Shown: positions 8,970 through 22,627, numbered from the stretch's first letter. The stretch: DNA of 32,000 nt from Synechococcus sp. A15-28 (GCF_014280175.1 NZ_CP047931.1:150001-182000), one strand, 5' to 3'. Notes: a model not told the origin generated them from the letters alone. Made by a program: numbers and translations.

Positions 8970-9695
8970 CTACTGCATTATATCAGTATCCGGTCTCGTC
9001 CTAAAATATTCACATGCATGTTCCAGTCTTTCAACAGAACCGATATCATCAAAATAACCTTTTGATTCATATGAATATATTTGGCCTGTTAAATATTGAA
9101 TTATATCCTTAGTTAAATCAAAATTCTTCTTTCCAGAAAATGTATCATAGTTCCAGAATTCTTTGGCGAGTATGTATACTGCTCCGTTTGCTTGGTATCC
9201 ATTGTAATCTTTACTTTTTTCGTGAAACTCGACAACTATATTTTTTGAATTTGTTTTTATTATTCCACATTCATGTGGACGCTCTGTTGTGTAGGTCATC
9301 ATTGTGATATTGCACTGCCTAGGTCTTTCTTTATGCGCCCTTATAAAGCCTGTTAAACTATCTTCCACAATGTTGTCTGTGTGTATCACTAGACAATCGT
9401 CATGCCTTAAGACTTCTTTGTGTGCTTCTAGTGTTCCTGCAGTTCCTAATAGCTTTTCTTCGTAGTGCAATTCTATTTTCTTACCTCTATTCTTCCACTT
9501 CTCCATATGACTTTCGACAATATCATGCATATAATGTGTATTTATTATTATATTATCTACGCCGACTCTTTCAAGTTTTTTTATCCAAATGTCTAGCAAT
9601 ACCTTTCCATTAATTGTAACCAAGCATTTGGGTATTTTGTTTGTAATTGGTCTCAATCGTGTGCCTAGTCCAGCAGATAGAAGAAGTGCGTACAT
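8970..9695 (-). CDS. Sugar-phosphate nucleotidyltransferase (NTP_transferase fold, HddC-like)
   Basis: 241 aa ORF; LLLSAGLGTRLRPITNKIPKCLVTINGK, DDCLVIHTDNIVED. Confidence 0.85.
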   Translation of the reverse strand: MYALLLSAGLGTRLRPITNKIPKCLVTINGKVLLDIWIKKLERVGVDNIIINTHYMHDIVESHMEKWKNRGKKIELHYEEKLLGTAGTLEAHKEVLRHDDCLVIHTDNIVEDSLTGFIRAHKERPRQCNITMMTYTTERPHECGIIKTNSKNIVVEFHEKSKDYNGYQANGAVYILAKEFWNYDTFSGKKNFDLTKDIIQYLTGQIYSYESKGYFDDIGSVERLEHACEYFRTRPDTDIMQ

Positions 9696-9762
9696 TTTTG
9701 TGTTTTCGTTTTTAGCTTGCCTAGTCCGATGATACCATTGTACATCTTGGCGTGTATTTTCA

Positions 9763-10635
9763 GTGCCAGTAGCATATCTCTATCCATCCGCTACGCCGTG
9801 GGCTAATCACCAACTATTGTCCCTTTATAAGAGATTAGATTGCGCTTCCCGCGGTTGCTCTTTGGTCAACCGCATTCCATATCGATCTAAAGTTCCTCAT
9901 GTTACTTATGGCTACCTAGGTTATTATTCGAACCTGCGTAAGCAAAATATCCCTCACAATTCTTCTTTTTCGAATCTCTATATTCTTGATCATGCCTATG
10001 TTCCTTCCTCTCTCAAAGGCTCAGTTTTTCGTTTATGCAGTGGCAATAGTGATTTAACACCTTTTGTTACTCATGATTCTCTCTTATCATCAATTGATCT
10101 TGATTTTACATTTAATCACTTATGTCAACTTCAATCTGCATCTGAAATATCTTTTTCAGTCCCTTCCTTGCAATCATTTGATGGCACTTCCCGTATTGCC
10201 TTGTTCATAAAGTCATCTCCTGTTATATCTCGTCTTCTAGCCTCTAAGTTCTTAGGATCTATTTCCTTCTGGAAATCCCACCTCCACCCAGATTTGACTC
10301 CTCTCTTATCTGTAAAGCCCACTGAAGTCGTTCTCTCACCCTTCTTCACCACTAAATCGAGAATTCACCAAGTTATAAAAAAAACTTTTAATTATGACCA
10401 GTTTGAATTTGTATATTCGCCATCCTCTATGATGGCTATACCTTTTATCCTTCACTCAATTCCTGTTTACTTGTCCACTGCACATCCTCTTTTCCCAATT
10501 CTTGGCTCATACATCCCTCCCTTATCTAGAAAGCAATCCATCGAACTAATAATTAACGCTATTTCTAGGACTTCGATTTCTATCTCCACGTTTTCTGATC
10601 TGGAAGCATTGCTGTCAGTCATTCATCCTCATTGA
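9763..10635 (+). CDS. Hypothetical protein, possibly glycan-related
   Basis: 290 aa ORF, serine-rich; stop separated from the next ATG by 1 nt; FEFVYSPSSMMAIPFILHSIPVYLS weakly resembles an acceptor/donor-site segment of GT-B-like proteins. Confidence 0.5.
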   Translation: MPVAYLYPSATPWANHQLLSLYKRLDCASRGCSLVNRIPYRSKVPHVTYGYLGYYSNLRKQNIPHNSSFSNLYILDHAYVPSSLKGSVFRLCSGNSDLTPFVTHDSLLSSIDLDFTFNHLCQLQSASEISFSVPSLQSFDGTSRIALFIKSSPVISRLLASKFLGSISFWKSHLHPDLTPLLSVKPTEVVLSPFFTTKSRIHQVIKKTFNYDQFEFVYSPSSMMAIPFILHSIPVYLSTAHPLFPILGSYIPPLSRKQSIELIINAISRTSISISTFSDLEALLSVIHPH

Positions 10636-10636
10636 T

Positions 10637-11422
10637 ATGTCTAGCTTTCCGTCTCTTCTTGATAATGTTTCGCGTTCACAGTTAAGGCTTGAACCTTTTC
10701 CCCATTATGTAATCGAAAATGCGTTGCCCATTGATACTTATGCTAAGTTATCTAAATCGTTTCCATCTTCATATTTATCATCTGATTCTTCCCATGTAAT
10801 AAATGATCGTGGCCATACGAGAAGATTGTTGGCTCGGAACTTTCCTTTGGTTAGTGATGTTCCGCAAACTTGGTGTGATTTTGCCGATGTCCATACTCAT
10901 CCTTCTTTTTTTAGTGCTGTTACCTCTTTCTTCCTTCAACAGCCTATTGAAATTTATTACCCTGGACTCTTATCTAAGCTTCAAAATCTTGACATATCTC
11001 TTAGATCTGGCGAACAATCAATTGACTCTAATTCCTGTTTGACTGATTTTCAGTTGGTTGCTAATTTGCCCCATGGCGACAACCATAGTAGTCGGAGTCC
11101 CCATCTTGATAATCCACAACAACTCTATGCAATTTTGTACTACATGAGATCGACTGACGATCAATCAATTGGTGGTGGTTTAAAATTATATTCCGCTTCA
11201 AATTATGTTAAATCTATCACGCATGGTCGTAATCGCAGTATCGATGAGCAATACTTGACCCCCTTTGACCTCCTTCCCTACAAATCAAATACTGCTATCC
11301 TTTTTCTCAACACCCGCAAGTCTTATCATTCTGTTCAACCCATATTTTCTCAATCTGTTATCCGTCGTAGTGTTAATATCATTGGTGAACTGCCTCCTGG
11401 CTCTCGTCTTTTTAAAATCTGA
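10637..11422 (+). CDS. Putative Fe(II)/2-oxoglutarate-dependent oxygenase
   Basis: 261 aa ORF; SPHLDNPQQLYAILYYM (HxD), GGLKLY, distal H in SYHSVQP then RRSVNIIGE. Confidence 0.7.
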   Translation: MSSFPSLLDNVSRSQLRLEPFPHYVIENALPIDTYAKLSKSFPSSYLSSDSSHVINDRGHTRRLLARNFPLVSDVPQTWCDFADVHTHPSFFSAVTSFFLQQPIEIYYPGLLSKLQNLDISLRSGEQSIDSNSCLTDFQLVANLPHGDNHSSRSPHLDNPQQLYAILYYMRSTDDQSIGGGLKLYSASNYVKSITHGRNRSIDEQYLTPFDLLPYKSNTAILFLNTRKSYHSVQPIFSQSVIRRSVNIIGELPPGSRLFKI

Positions 11423-11425
11423 TAT

Positions 11426-12256
11426 ATGGCCTTCAACCCCTTAACTGGTCTTGCCGTTTCACGCGCTACTGCGCTTTTACGTGAGAACTCACCGACTAGC
11501 CCACAGGGCTCTGTATTGGACTTTGGTAATCAAAGATTCCGACTTACCCCTCCTGTTCTTAAACACATTTCTAAAGAGCTCGATTGTTCTTTTGAGATCC
11601 CTTCTAATGAAGAAGATTTTACTAATTATACTCCTTTTTTTTACCGAGATATTGGTTATTCCGAATATATCGCTATTGATATGAATCAAAAAATGAGTGC
11701 TATTCCGATGGATTTGAATACTCATATACCTACTTCCTATCGTTACAAGGCTCAGCATTCACTTGTTATTGATAATGGTACTGGCGAGCATGTGTTTGAT
11801 CAGCATATGGTTTTTAGAAACCAGCATGACCTTTGTTCTGTAGGTGGAATCATCTTGAACAATAAGCCTTTTTTCCCTTGGATTAATCATGGCTTTTTTG
11901 CCTTCCAGCCGGTTTTATTTAGGGACCTCGCTTATGCCAATGGATATGAACCCGTTTTCACATGGCTTGGTGGTAATCACGGCGAGTTCATAGACGTAAC
12001 CGATAATGACGATATCTGGGTTGAAATTCCTCGTTCGTTTCCATTTTGGAAACGCCCCAAAGGTGCCCTTGAGACACTTCTCTACGACAAGCTTTTAGAA
12101 AAGAACAATATCTCAATTGTTGTTGCATACCGTAAGGTAAATGACAACCCTTTCCAAATACCACTTCAAGGGAAGTGGATTCATAATATCGCCGATAAAG
12201 AACTTAAGGAAAGGTACAAAGGTCAGCCCGACACCTACCGAGATTTTCACAGTTAG
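11426..12256 (+). CDS. Methyltransferase-like protein of unknown function
   Basis: 276 aa ORF; SVLDFGNQRF, SEYIAIDMNQ, LVIDNGTGEHVFDQ, VGGIILNNKPFFPWINHGFFAFQPVLFRDLAYANGYE resembles a SAM-methyltransferase core with an altered motif I. Confidence 0.55.
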   Translation: MAFNPLTGLAVSRATALLRENSPTSPQGSVLDFGNQRFRLTPPVLKHISKELDCSFEIPSNEEDFTNYTPFFYRDIGYSEYIAIDMNQKMSAIPMDLNTHIPTSYRYKAQHSLVIDNGTGEHVFDQHMVFRNQHDLCSVGGIILNNKPFFPWINHGFFAFQPVLFRDLAYANGYEPVFTWLGGNHGEFIDVTDNDDIWVEIPRSFPFWKRPKGALETLLYDKLLEKNNISIVVAYRKVNDNPFQIPLQGKWIHNIADKELKERYKGQPDTYRDFHS

Positions 12257-13008
12257 TTTCAGTCAAATCATTTCGGTTGCCAAATTTTTAATTTATGTTT
12301 TATTAGAACCGTATATATTGTATTTTACATTTACGATTATGGCTTCTTTTCTCTGTAATTGCTGATTTTTCGCCTTTTGCCTGCCAAGCTTTATCTTTAT
12401 GGGCTTTTGTAGATAGTATTCACTCTTTTTCTTTATTTCTGCCCTTAATTACTGTTTTAATCGTCATTGTTGCATCTTTTTGCATATTTATATCCTGCAA
12501 ATAATTCCTTCTCTTCTTTTTTTGTGTATTTAGCATTATTAGAGTTATTTTGCTTTCGGCATTGCATGGAGATCAATCATTGAATCCAGTTTGCACATTG
12601 TGACTCTCGTCTTTGATGGGGCTTGCGCAATACTTGTCTTGATTTCAATGCCTTCCTTGTTGCTTGGTTCAATATTTAATTTCGAATTTTGTTGTCTATG
12701 TCTCGTAGAACGTGTGTTAATGCGATTATCTTAATGACTTCTGAGTCTTTGATTCGAGATAGGCGATTCTGTTCAGGCGTGATAGCTCAAGGTATAATTT
12801 TCTTTGGTGTTTTTTCAAAGTGCCTAGATACGAGTTCCTCGTGTGCGACTATGTCTATTATCTTCTAGGACTGGTCTAGTGATATTCCTTTCAATATTTT
12901 CACTGGTTGATACGCTGCTTTCTTTACTAGGTTATTGGAAAACGTCTGTTCACTTACGAGAAACAGCATGCCGTTGTCTGTTTCTGTCTCTGTATTTTGT
13001 ACAACTAA

Positions 13009-13034
13009 AGGCCCGCACATTTGTGTGCGGGCCT
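13009..13034 (-). terminator. Probable transcription terminator downstream of tkt
   Basis: Inverted repeat AGGCCCGCACA-TTTG-TGTGCGGGCCT; perfect 11-bp GC-rich stem; on minus strand followed by TTAGTTGTAC (weak T-tract). Confidence 0.65.
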
Positions 13035-13072
13035 CGAATCGACAAAAACCGTATTTATAGTGATTCTTTCGT

Positions 13073-15085
13073 TTATTTAACCAACAGTGTTTTAGCTTTC
13101 GTGACGACATTGTCTACAGTGAATCCAAATTCCTTCAGGCAGGTTCCGCCTGGAGCCGAAGCGCCGAAGCGGTTCATGGTGACGCTGTCACCGTCGAGGC
13201 CGATGAAGCGGTGCCAGCCGAAGGATTCAGCGGCTTCCACCACCATGCGCTTGCGCACGGCTTTGGGAAGCACCTCTTCCTTGTAGGCGTCGCTCTGCTC
13301 ATCGAACAGTTCCACACATGGCATGGAAACAACGCGCACCTTCTTGCCGTCTGCGCTGAGCTGTTTGGCAGCCTGCACGCAGAGGTCGAGTTCGGTGCCG
13401 GTGCCGATCAGGATCAGATCCGGAGTACCGGCGCAGTCTTCGAGCACATAGCCGCCTTTAGCGACCTTGTCGATCGAGGAGTTGGCCTGGTTGGCCATGC
13501 CCTGGCGGCTTAGGCAAAGAGCACTGGGGCGCTTGCGGTTCTGGATCGCCAGCTTGTAAGCACCGCTGGTTTCGTTGGCATCGCCAGGGCGGAACACCAG
13601 CATCCCGGGCATGGCACGCAAAGACGGGATGGTTTCGATCGGCTGGTGGGTGGGGCCGTCTTCGCCGACGCCGATGGAGTCGTGGGTGAGCACGTAGATC
13701 ACACCCAGTTCACTCAGGGCCGACAGGCGCATGGAGCCGCGCATGTAGTCGGCAAACACCAGGAAGGTGCCGCCGTAGGGGATCAGGCCGCTGTCGTGAT
13801 ACGCAATGCCGTTGAGGATGGCGGCCATGGCGTGCTCGCGCACGCCGAAGTGCAGGTAGCGCTTCTCAGGGGTTTCAGGCTGATACGAACCGGTTTCGCC
13901 CTTGATGTCAGTGTAGTTAGAATGGGTGAGGTCCGCCGAGCCACCGATCAGCTCAGGCAGGTTGGGACCGAGGGCACCCAGGCAGATCTGGGAGTGCTTT
14001 CGGGTGGCGAGACCCTTCTCGTCAGGGCCAGCGGTGGGCAGGTCCTTGTCCCAGCCCTCGGGAAGTTCGCCGCGCAGCATCCGCTCGAACTCAGCGGCCT
14101 CAGAGGGGAACTGGGTGCGGTAGCTGGCCAGGGTCTGGTTCCACTCCGCCTCGAGGCTGGCGCCACGATCGATGGCCTGGCGGAACTGGTCGTAGGCCTC
14201 CTGGGGCACTTCGAAGGGGCCGTACTCCCAACCCAGCTGCTGACGGGTCAGAGCGGTCTCGTCTTCACCCAGGGGAGCGCCGTGCACGCCAGCGGTGTCT
14301 CCCTTATTGGGGGAGCCATAGCCGATGGTGGTGGTCACCTTGATGATCGACGGCTTGTCGGTCACCGCTTTGGCGGCCTCGATTGCCTTGGCGATGGCAT
14401 CCACGTCGGTGTTGCCGTCGGCCACGTGCTGCACATGCCAGCCGTAGGCCTCGTAGCGCTTCAGCACGTCCTCGGTGAAGGACACGTCCGTGCGGCCGTC
14501 GATGGTGATGTGATTGTCGTCGTAGAGAGCGATCAGCTTGCCCAGCTTCAGGTGACCGGCCAGGGAGCAGGCTTCCGAGGCGATGCCTTCCTGGTTGCAG
14601 CCATCACCCATCACCACATAGGTGTAGTGATCCACAAGGGTGGCGCCGGGCTTGTTGAACTTGGCGGCGAGGTGCGATTCCGCGATCGCCAGACCCACGG
14701 CGTTGGAAATGCCGGCACCCAGAGGGCCGGTGGTCACTTCCACGCCCGGGGTTTCAAAGGTCTCGGGGTGGCCAGGGGTTTTGGAGCCCCACTGGCGGAA
14801 CTGTTTGATGTCCTCAATCGACACCGAGTCGTAGCCGGTGAGGTGCAGCAGCGCGTACAGCAGCATGCAGCCATGACCGGCCGACAGCACGAAGCGGTCG
14901 CGGTTGAACCACTTGGGGTTCTTGGGGTTGTGCTTCAGGAACTTGTCCCACAGCGCGTAACCCATGGGTGCGCAGCCCATCGGCAGGCCGGGGTGGCCGC
15001 TCTTGGACTTGTTAATTGCATCGACGGCCAGCATCCGGATGCTGTTGATGCAGAGCGTGTCGAGAGAGGCGGGCGCAGCGACCAT
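13073..15085 (-). CDS. tkt: Transketolase
   Basis: 670 aa ORF; [107 protein letters not shown]. Confidence 0.97.
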   Translation of the reverse strand: MVAAPASLDTLCINSIRMLAVDAINKSKSGHPGLPMGCAPMGYALWDKFLKHNPKNPKWFNRDRFVLSAGHGCMLLYALLHLTGYDSVSIEDIKQFRQWGSKTPGHPETFETPGVEVTTGPLGAGISNAVGLAIAESHLAAKFNKPGATLVDHYTYVVMGDGCNQEGIASEACSLAGHLKLGKLIALYDDNHITIDGRTDVSFTEDVLKRYEAYGWHVQHVADGNTDVDAIAKAIEAAKAVTDKPSIIKVTTTIGYGSPNKGDTAGVHGAPLGEDETALTRQQLGWEYGPFEVPQEAYDQFRQAIDRGASLEAEWNQTLASYRTQFPSEAAEFERMLRGELPEGWDKDLPTAGPDEKGLATRKHSQICLGALGPNLPELIGGSADLTHSNYTDIKGETGSYQPETPEKRYLHFGVREHAMAAILNGIAYHDSGLIPYGGTFLVFADYMRGSMRLSALSELGVIYVLTHDSIGVGEDGPTHQPIETIPSLRAMPGMLVFRPGDANETSGAYKLAIQNRKRPSALCLSRQGMANQANSSIDKVAKGGYVLEDCAGTPDLILIGTGTELDLCVQAAKQLSADGKKVRVVSMPCVELFDEQSDAYKEEVLPKAVRKRMVVEAAESFGWHRFIGLDGDSVTMNRFGASAPGGTCLKEFGFTVDNVVTKAKTLLVK

Positions 15086-15139
15086 GGTGTTAGGAGGAAA
15101 AGTTGGGGCGATTGTGACGCACGATGTGAGCCCTGAGGC

Positions 15140-17031
<1,892 letters not shown>

Positions 17032-17058
17032 TTTACTCCGTTTCACCTCATAAGCTCG

Positions 17059-17083
17059 GCCCGGCTTCAGCCGGGCTTTTTTT
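17059..17083 (+). terminator. Intrinsic terminator downstream of psaC
   Basis: GCCCGGC-TTCA-GCCGGGC followed by TTTTTTT; 7-bp perfect GC stem, 4-nt loop, 7 T. Confidence 0.85.
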
Positions 17084-17085
17084 GT

Positions 17086-18975
<1,890 letters not shown>

Positions 18976-18978
18976 GCC

Positions 18979-20442
18979 TCAGCTGGCGTTCATGCTGAGG
19001 TCGCTGCGGCCGTAGCGGTCCTTGAAGCGCACGATGTCGTCCTCGCCGAGGTATTCGCCGCTCTGCACTTCGATCAGTTCAACGGGGATCCGGCCGGGGT
19101 TGGAGAGGCGGTGTTTGCAACCCATCGGGATGTAAGTGCTCTGGTTTTCGCCCACAAGCTGCTCGGTACCATCGCGCTCTACCAGCGCCGTGCCTTTCAC
19201 CACCACCCAGTGTTCGGCACGGTGGTGGTGCATCTGCAGCGAGAGGCTAGCTCCGGGTTTCACCGAGATCCGTTTCACCTGCCAGCGGTTTCCTTCGGTG
19301 ACACTGGTGTAATGGCCCCAGGGGCGGTAAATCTTGCGGTGGGCCTTGCCCTCCGGGCTTCCGGCGGCTTCTAGCTGCTTCACCACTGTTTTGATCTCCT
19401 GGGCCTTGGAGCGATCCGCAATCAACACGGCATCGTCGGTTTCCACCACCACAAGGTTTTCAACCCCTAGCCCTACCACTAAGCGGTGTTCGCTGCGCAG
19501 GTAGCAATCGCGACTGCCTTCGGCGATCACGTGGCCCTGCAGCACATTGCCTTGGGAATCCTTTTGCTCTGAGGTTTCCCAGAGTGCGCTCCAACTGCCC
19601 ACGTCGCTCCAGCCTGCATCCAGCGGCAGCACACTGCCCAGATCCGTTTTCTCCATCACGGCCACGTCAATGGCCACGTTGGGGCACTTTGCCAAGGCCT
19701 CCCGCTCCAGCCGATGAAATTCCAGGTCAGCCGTGTCCTGCTCCAGAGCTGCTCGACAGCAGCTCACCACTTCTGGGGCCAGTCGCTCCAGTTCCGCCAG
19801 CATGGCGCTGGCGCGGAACAGGAACATGCCGCTGTTCCAGGTGAAGCGGCCTGTGGCCAGGAACTGCTCCGCTGTTGCCTGATCTGGCTTCTCCACGAAG
19901 CGCTTGATCGGCACATGGGCCTGTTTCCTAAGGGAGAAGGGTTCGCTGGCTTCGATGTAGCCGTAGCCGGTTTCCGGGGCCGTCGGCACGATGCCGAAGG
20001 TCACAAGGCGGCCCGCTTCGGCTGGCTTGCGGCCGGCGTTGATCGCCTGGCGGAATTGGGTGGCATCGCGGATTAAGTGATCCGCTGCCAGCACCAGCAG
20101 CAGCGGGTCCTCGCCGTTGGCCGTGGCCTGCAGTGCGGCTACGGTCACCGCCGGGGCGGTGTTGCGGCCAATAGGTTCCAGCAGAATCGCATTGGGCTCA
20201 ACGCCGATCTGGCGCATCTGTTCGGCCACGATGAAGCGGTGGTCTTCATTGCAGATCAATAGAGGAGCTGCAATGGCGTCTAGGCCCTGAAGGCGCTGTT
20301 GGGTCTGCTGGAGCAGCGTGGCCTCTCCGTCTCCGCTCAACGGCCAGTACTGCTTGGGGTAACTGGCCCGCGATAGCGGCCAGAGCCGTGTGCCGGTGCC
20401 TCCGCAAAGGATCACTGGAATCAGCGGTGTAGCGGCCATCAT
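18979..20442 (-). CDS. manC: Mannose-1-phosphate guanylyltransferase with C-terminal mannose-6-phosphate isomerase-like cupin
   Basis: 487 aa ORF; LCGGTGTRLWPLSRASYPKQYWPL, EPIGRNTAPAV, FVEKPD, WNSGMF; C-terminal YRPWGHYTSVTEGNRWQVKRISVKPGASLSLQMHHHRAEHWVVVKGTA. Confidence 0.93.
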   Translation of the reverse strand: MMAATPLIPVILCGGTGTRLWPLSRASYPKQYWPLSGDGEATLLQQTQQRLQGLDAIAAPLLICNEDHRFIVAEQMRQIGVEPNAILLEPIGRNTAPAVTVAALQATANGEDPLLLVLAADHLIRDATQFRQAINAGRKPAEAGRLVTFGIVPTAPETGYGYIEASEPFSLRKQAHVPIKRFVEKPDQATAEQFLATGRFTWNSGMFLFRASAMLAELERLAPEVVSCCRAALEQDTADLEFHRLEREALAKCPNVAIDVAVMEKTDLGSVLPLDAGWSDVGSWSALWETSEQKDSQGNVLQGHVIAEGSRDCYLRSEHRLVVGLGVENLVVVETDDAVLIADRSKAQEIKTVVKQLEAAGSPEGKAHRKIYRPWGHYTSVTEGNRWQVKRISVKPGASLSLQMHHHRAEHWVVVKGTALVERDGTEQLVGENQSTYIPMGCKHRLSNPGRIPVELIEVQSGEYLGEDDIVRFKDRYGRSDLSMNAS

Positions 20443-20498
20443 GTTCCGTATTAGATGACTCAGGTTCGCTTGTTTCAGGGGCGTCTGTCGATGGGATC

Positions 20499-21233
20499 AT
20501 GGAAATGACTCTTAATGAGCCCCTTCCTATGGCCATCCACGCGAGTGAATTGGCACACACCTATGCCGCTAACAATCCCTTTCCTCATCTGGTGCTTCGC
20601 AATAGTTGGGATGAAGCGTTGCTTTCCAGAGTCGCAGCGGAATGTGACGCTTTTACTAATTGGGACGAGGAGAAGTCTTTTTATGGGTCGATTGGTAAAC
20701 GCACCTGCGGGACATTCAGTAAGTTGCCGAAGTATACTGCAAAGCTAGTTTCCTACTGCAATGGTTCGAAATTTCTTGCTTGGCTAGAGGAGTTGACTGG
20801 AGAAAGTGGTTTAATTTCGGATCCACATTTGTTTGGTGGAGGCATTCATTCTACGATTAATCAGGGATTTCTCAAAATGCATACGGACTTCAACTGGCAC
20901 CACCGTTTGAAGTTGTACCGGCGGCTCAATTTACTAATTTATCTCAATAAGAACTGGCAGAAGTTGTGGGGTGGCGAATTGCTGTTAGCTCGAATGACGG
21001 AAGCCGGTTTGCATACAGAAGCGTCCATTGCACCATGCTTTAACACAATGGTGATTTTTACCACAACTGACCATAGCTTTCATGGCCACCCACAACCTAT
21101 GCTTCTCCCAGAAGGTAGGGCTCGTAATTCAATTGCCCTCTATTACTACGTCTCCGAGAAGCCTAAAGGCACCTCGGACATTCGACGAACAATGACGGAT
21201 TATCGTCGTTCAAATGGTCAGCGTTATTTATAA
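20499..21233 (+). CDS. 2OG-Fe(II) oxygenase family protein
   Basis: 244 aa ORF (true start may be a downstream ATG such as 20505 or 20529); MHTDFNWHHRLKLYRRLNLLIYLNKNW, GGELLL, DHSFHGHPQPM, RNSIALYYY. Confidence 0.8.
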   Translation: MEMTLNEPLPMAIHASELAHTYAANNPFPHLVLRNSWDEALLSRVAAECDAFTNWDEEKSFYGSIGKRTCGTFSKLPKYTAKLVSYCNGSKFLAWLEELTGESGLISDPHLFGGGIHSTINQGFLKMHTDFNWHHRLKLYRRLNLLIYLNKNWQKLWGGELLLARMTEAGLHTEASIAPCFNTMVIFTTTDHSFHGHPQPMLLPEGRARNSIALYYYVSEKPKGTSDIRRTMTDYRRSNGQRYL

Positions 21234-21687
21234 TTCCCGCCTTCAATACATTTAAGTGGCTGATGCAATATATTTGCCATCATTTCTCGACATGCGATTA
21301 GTCAGCTTTTGTGAAAAAAATTAATTACTTCTTTTAGCAAAAGCAGTAGCCTTTGGATGGCTTGCTTCAGACTTTTTCACTTCTCCAGCATAAATTTTTG
21401 AAATTAGATCTTTTTCTTGAGCTTGAGAAAGGGGATTGTCAAGAATAAATTTGAAACTTTATCGTTTATGGGTGGTTGCTAAACATCCATAATTTTTGTT
21501 TTTACTGAATCTATTTGATTAATCCCTTTGTGATAAGTTTGGCTGAAATTATGTGTGGGTTGCTACTTTAATATTTGTTGGAAATAGTATTAGAGAAAAT
21601 TGATTTAACTGATCAGTCTGACTAGATAGGTCAATGAGAAAAAGTGTATATTATATTTATGCGTTAAAGCATGCTATAATGTGTTTA

Positions 21688-22443
21688 TCATGTTAAATCA
21701 CAAGCTAATACATAGTCAGTAATCACATTTGCGCTGTTTCGGGAAGTTCCTTTGATTGAGTATCCTTTTTTCAATAAAAAGTTTAACGCAGCATTATTAT
21801 CTTGATTATTAAGCCTTATTGAGTTTTGCTCAATAATTATAACAGGATTTTTGTTTATTATAGTATTCCATCCTCCGCGTAAAACATTAAATTCAAATCC
21901 TTCGACGTCAATTTTAATTAGACCTATATTTGAATATTTTGTTGTCAATAAAAAACTATCAAGAGGTACACTTTGCGCGTAGTGTTTGGTTGATTTTAAA
22001 AAGGTTCTTTGTTTTCCATCATCGAGGCTATTATGATGACATCCTCCATACATTTTTATTGTTTCAAATTCGTTCCCGAGCGCGCATTTGTAGTGTGTTG
22101 ATTTTGATAAGTCTGCATTAGTACAAAAATCCTCATAAACGACTGGGTCAAAACAGAAAGTATGCGAAAAATCCTTTTGAGAAAAATAAGTAAACTCTCC
22201 AAATCTGCAACCTATATCAAGTGCCAGGTCGAAAGATTTTATATAAGGTCTACTCATCTCATAAAGTACTTTGCAGGGATGATTCTTTGGGTCCATCCAC
22301 CCATTAATGGGATTAAAGATATATTTTTTTTGAATGTAATTTTCTTTTTGCTGATTAGGAAATTGCGTTGGCAACGGAAGGCATTGATGATACATCAGAA
22401 GTGTTTTAAATATATTACACTGGAATGGATGTCTATCCCACAC
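21688..22443 (-). CDS. FkbM-family methyltransferase
   Basis: 251 aa ORF; LALDIGCRFGEFTYFS, KYSNIGLIKIDVEGFEFNVLRGG, NPVIIIEQN. Confidence 0.82.
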   Translation of the reverse strand: MWDRHPFQCNIFKTLLMYHQCLPLPTQFPNQQKENYIQKKYIFNPINGWMDPKNHPCKVLYEMSRPYIKSFDLALDIGCRFGEFTYFSQKDFSHTFCFDPVVYEDFCTNADLSKSTHYKCALGNEFETIKMYGGCHHNSLDDGKQRTFLKSTKHYAQSVPLDSFLLTTKYSNIGLIKIDVEGFEFNVLRGGWNTIINKNPVIIIEQNSIRLNNQDNNAALNFLLKKGYSIKGTSRNSANVITDYVLACDLT

Positions 22444-22627
22444 TTTTTTGGATGAGACGAGAAATTGACCTTTGTAACAGTTGTCAACAATTGAATGCGC
22501 CTATTTCTATTGCATGGCGCAAATACTTTATTCGCTTTCTCAATAGCAAGCTTGAGCCTAGACTCTGTAGATGTGCCATAATATCAAAATCTTAAGGTCT
22601 TTATTTCATTGAGTAAAGGAATGAAGC

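Noticed and set aside
12865-13110. 81 aa minus-strand ORF as a functional gene
   Set aside because: It spans the tkt 3' end and its terminator hairpin; the N-terminal half derives from those. Only the downstream in-frame continuation is retained as a possible relic.
13646-15136. 496 aa plus-strand ORF
   Set aside because: It lies entirely antisense to well-supported tkt; its His/Gly/Ala/Val-rich translation is typical of a GC-rich shadow ORF.
17032-17085. glmS ribozyme or riboswitch upstream of glmS
   Set aside because: Only 54 nt separate psaC and glmS and these are mostly a terminator hairpin; far too short for the known glmS ribozyme.
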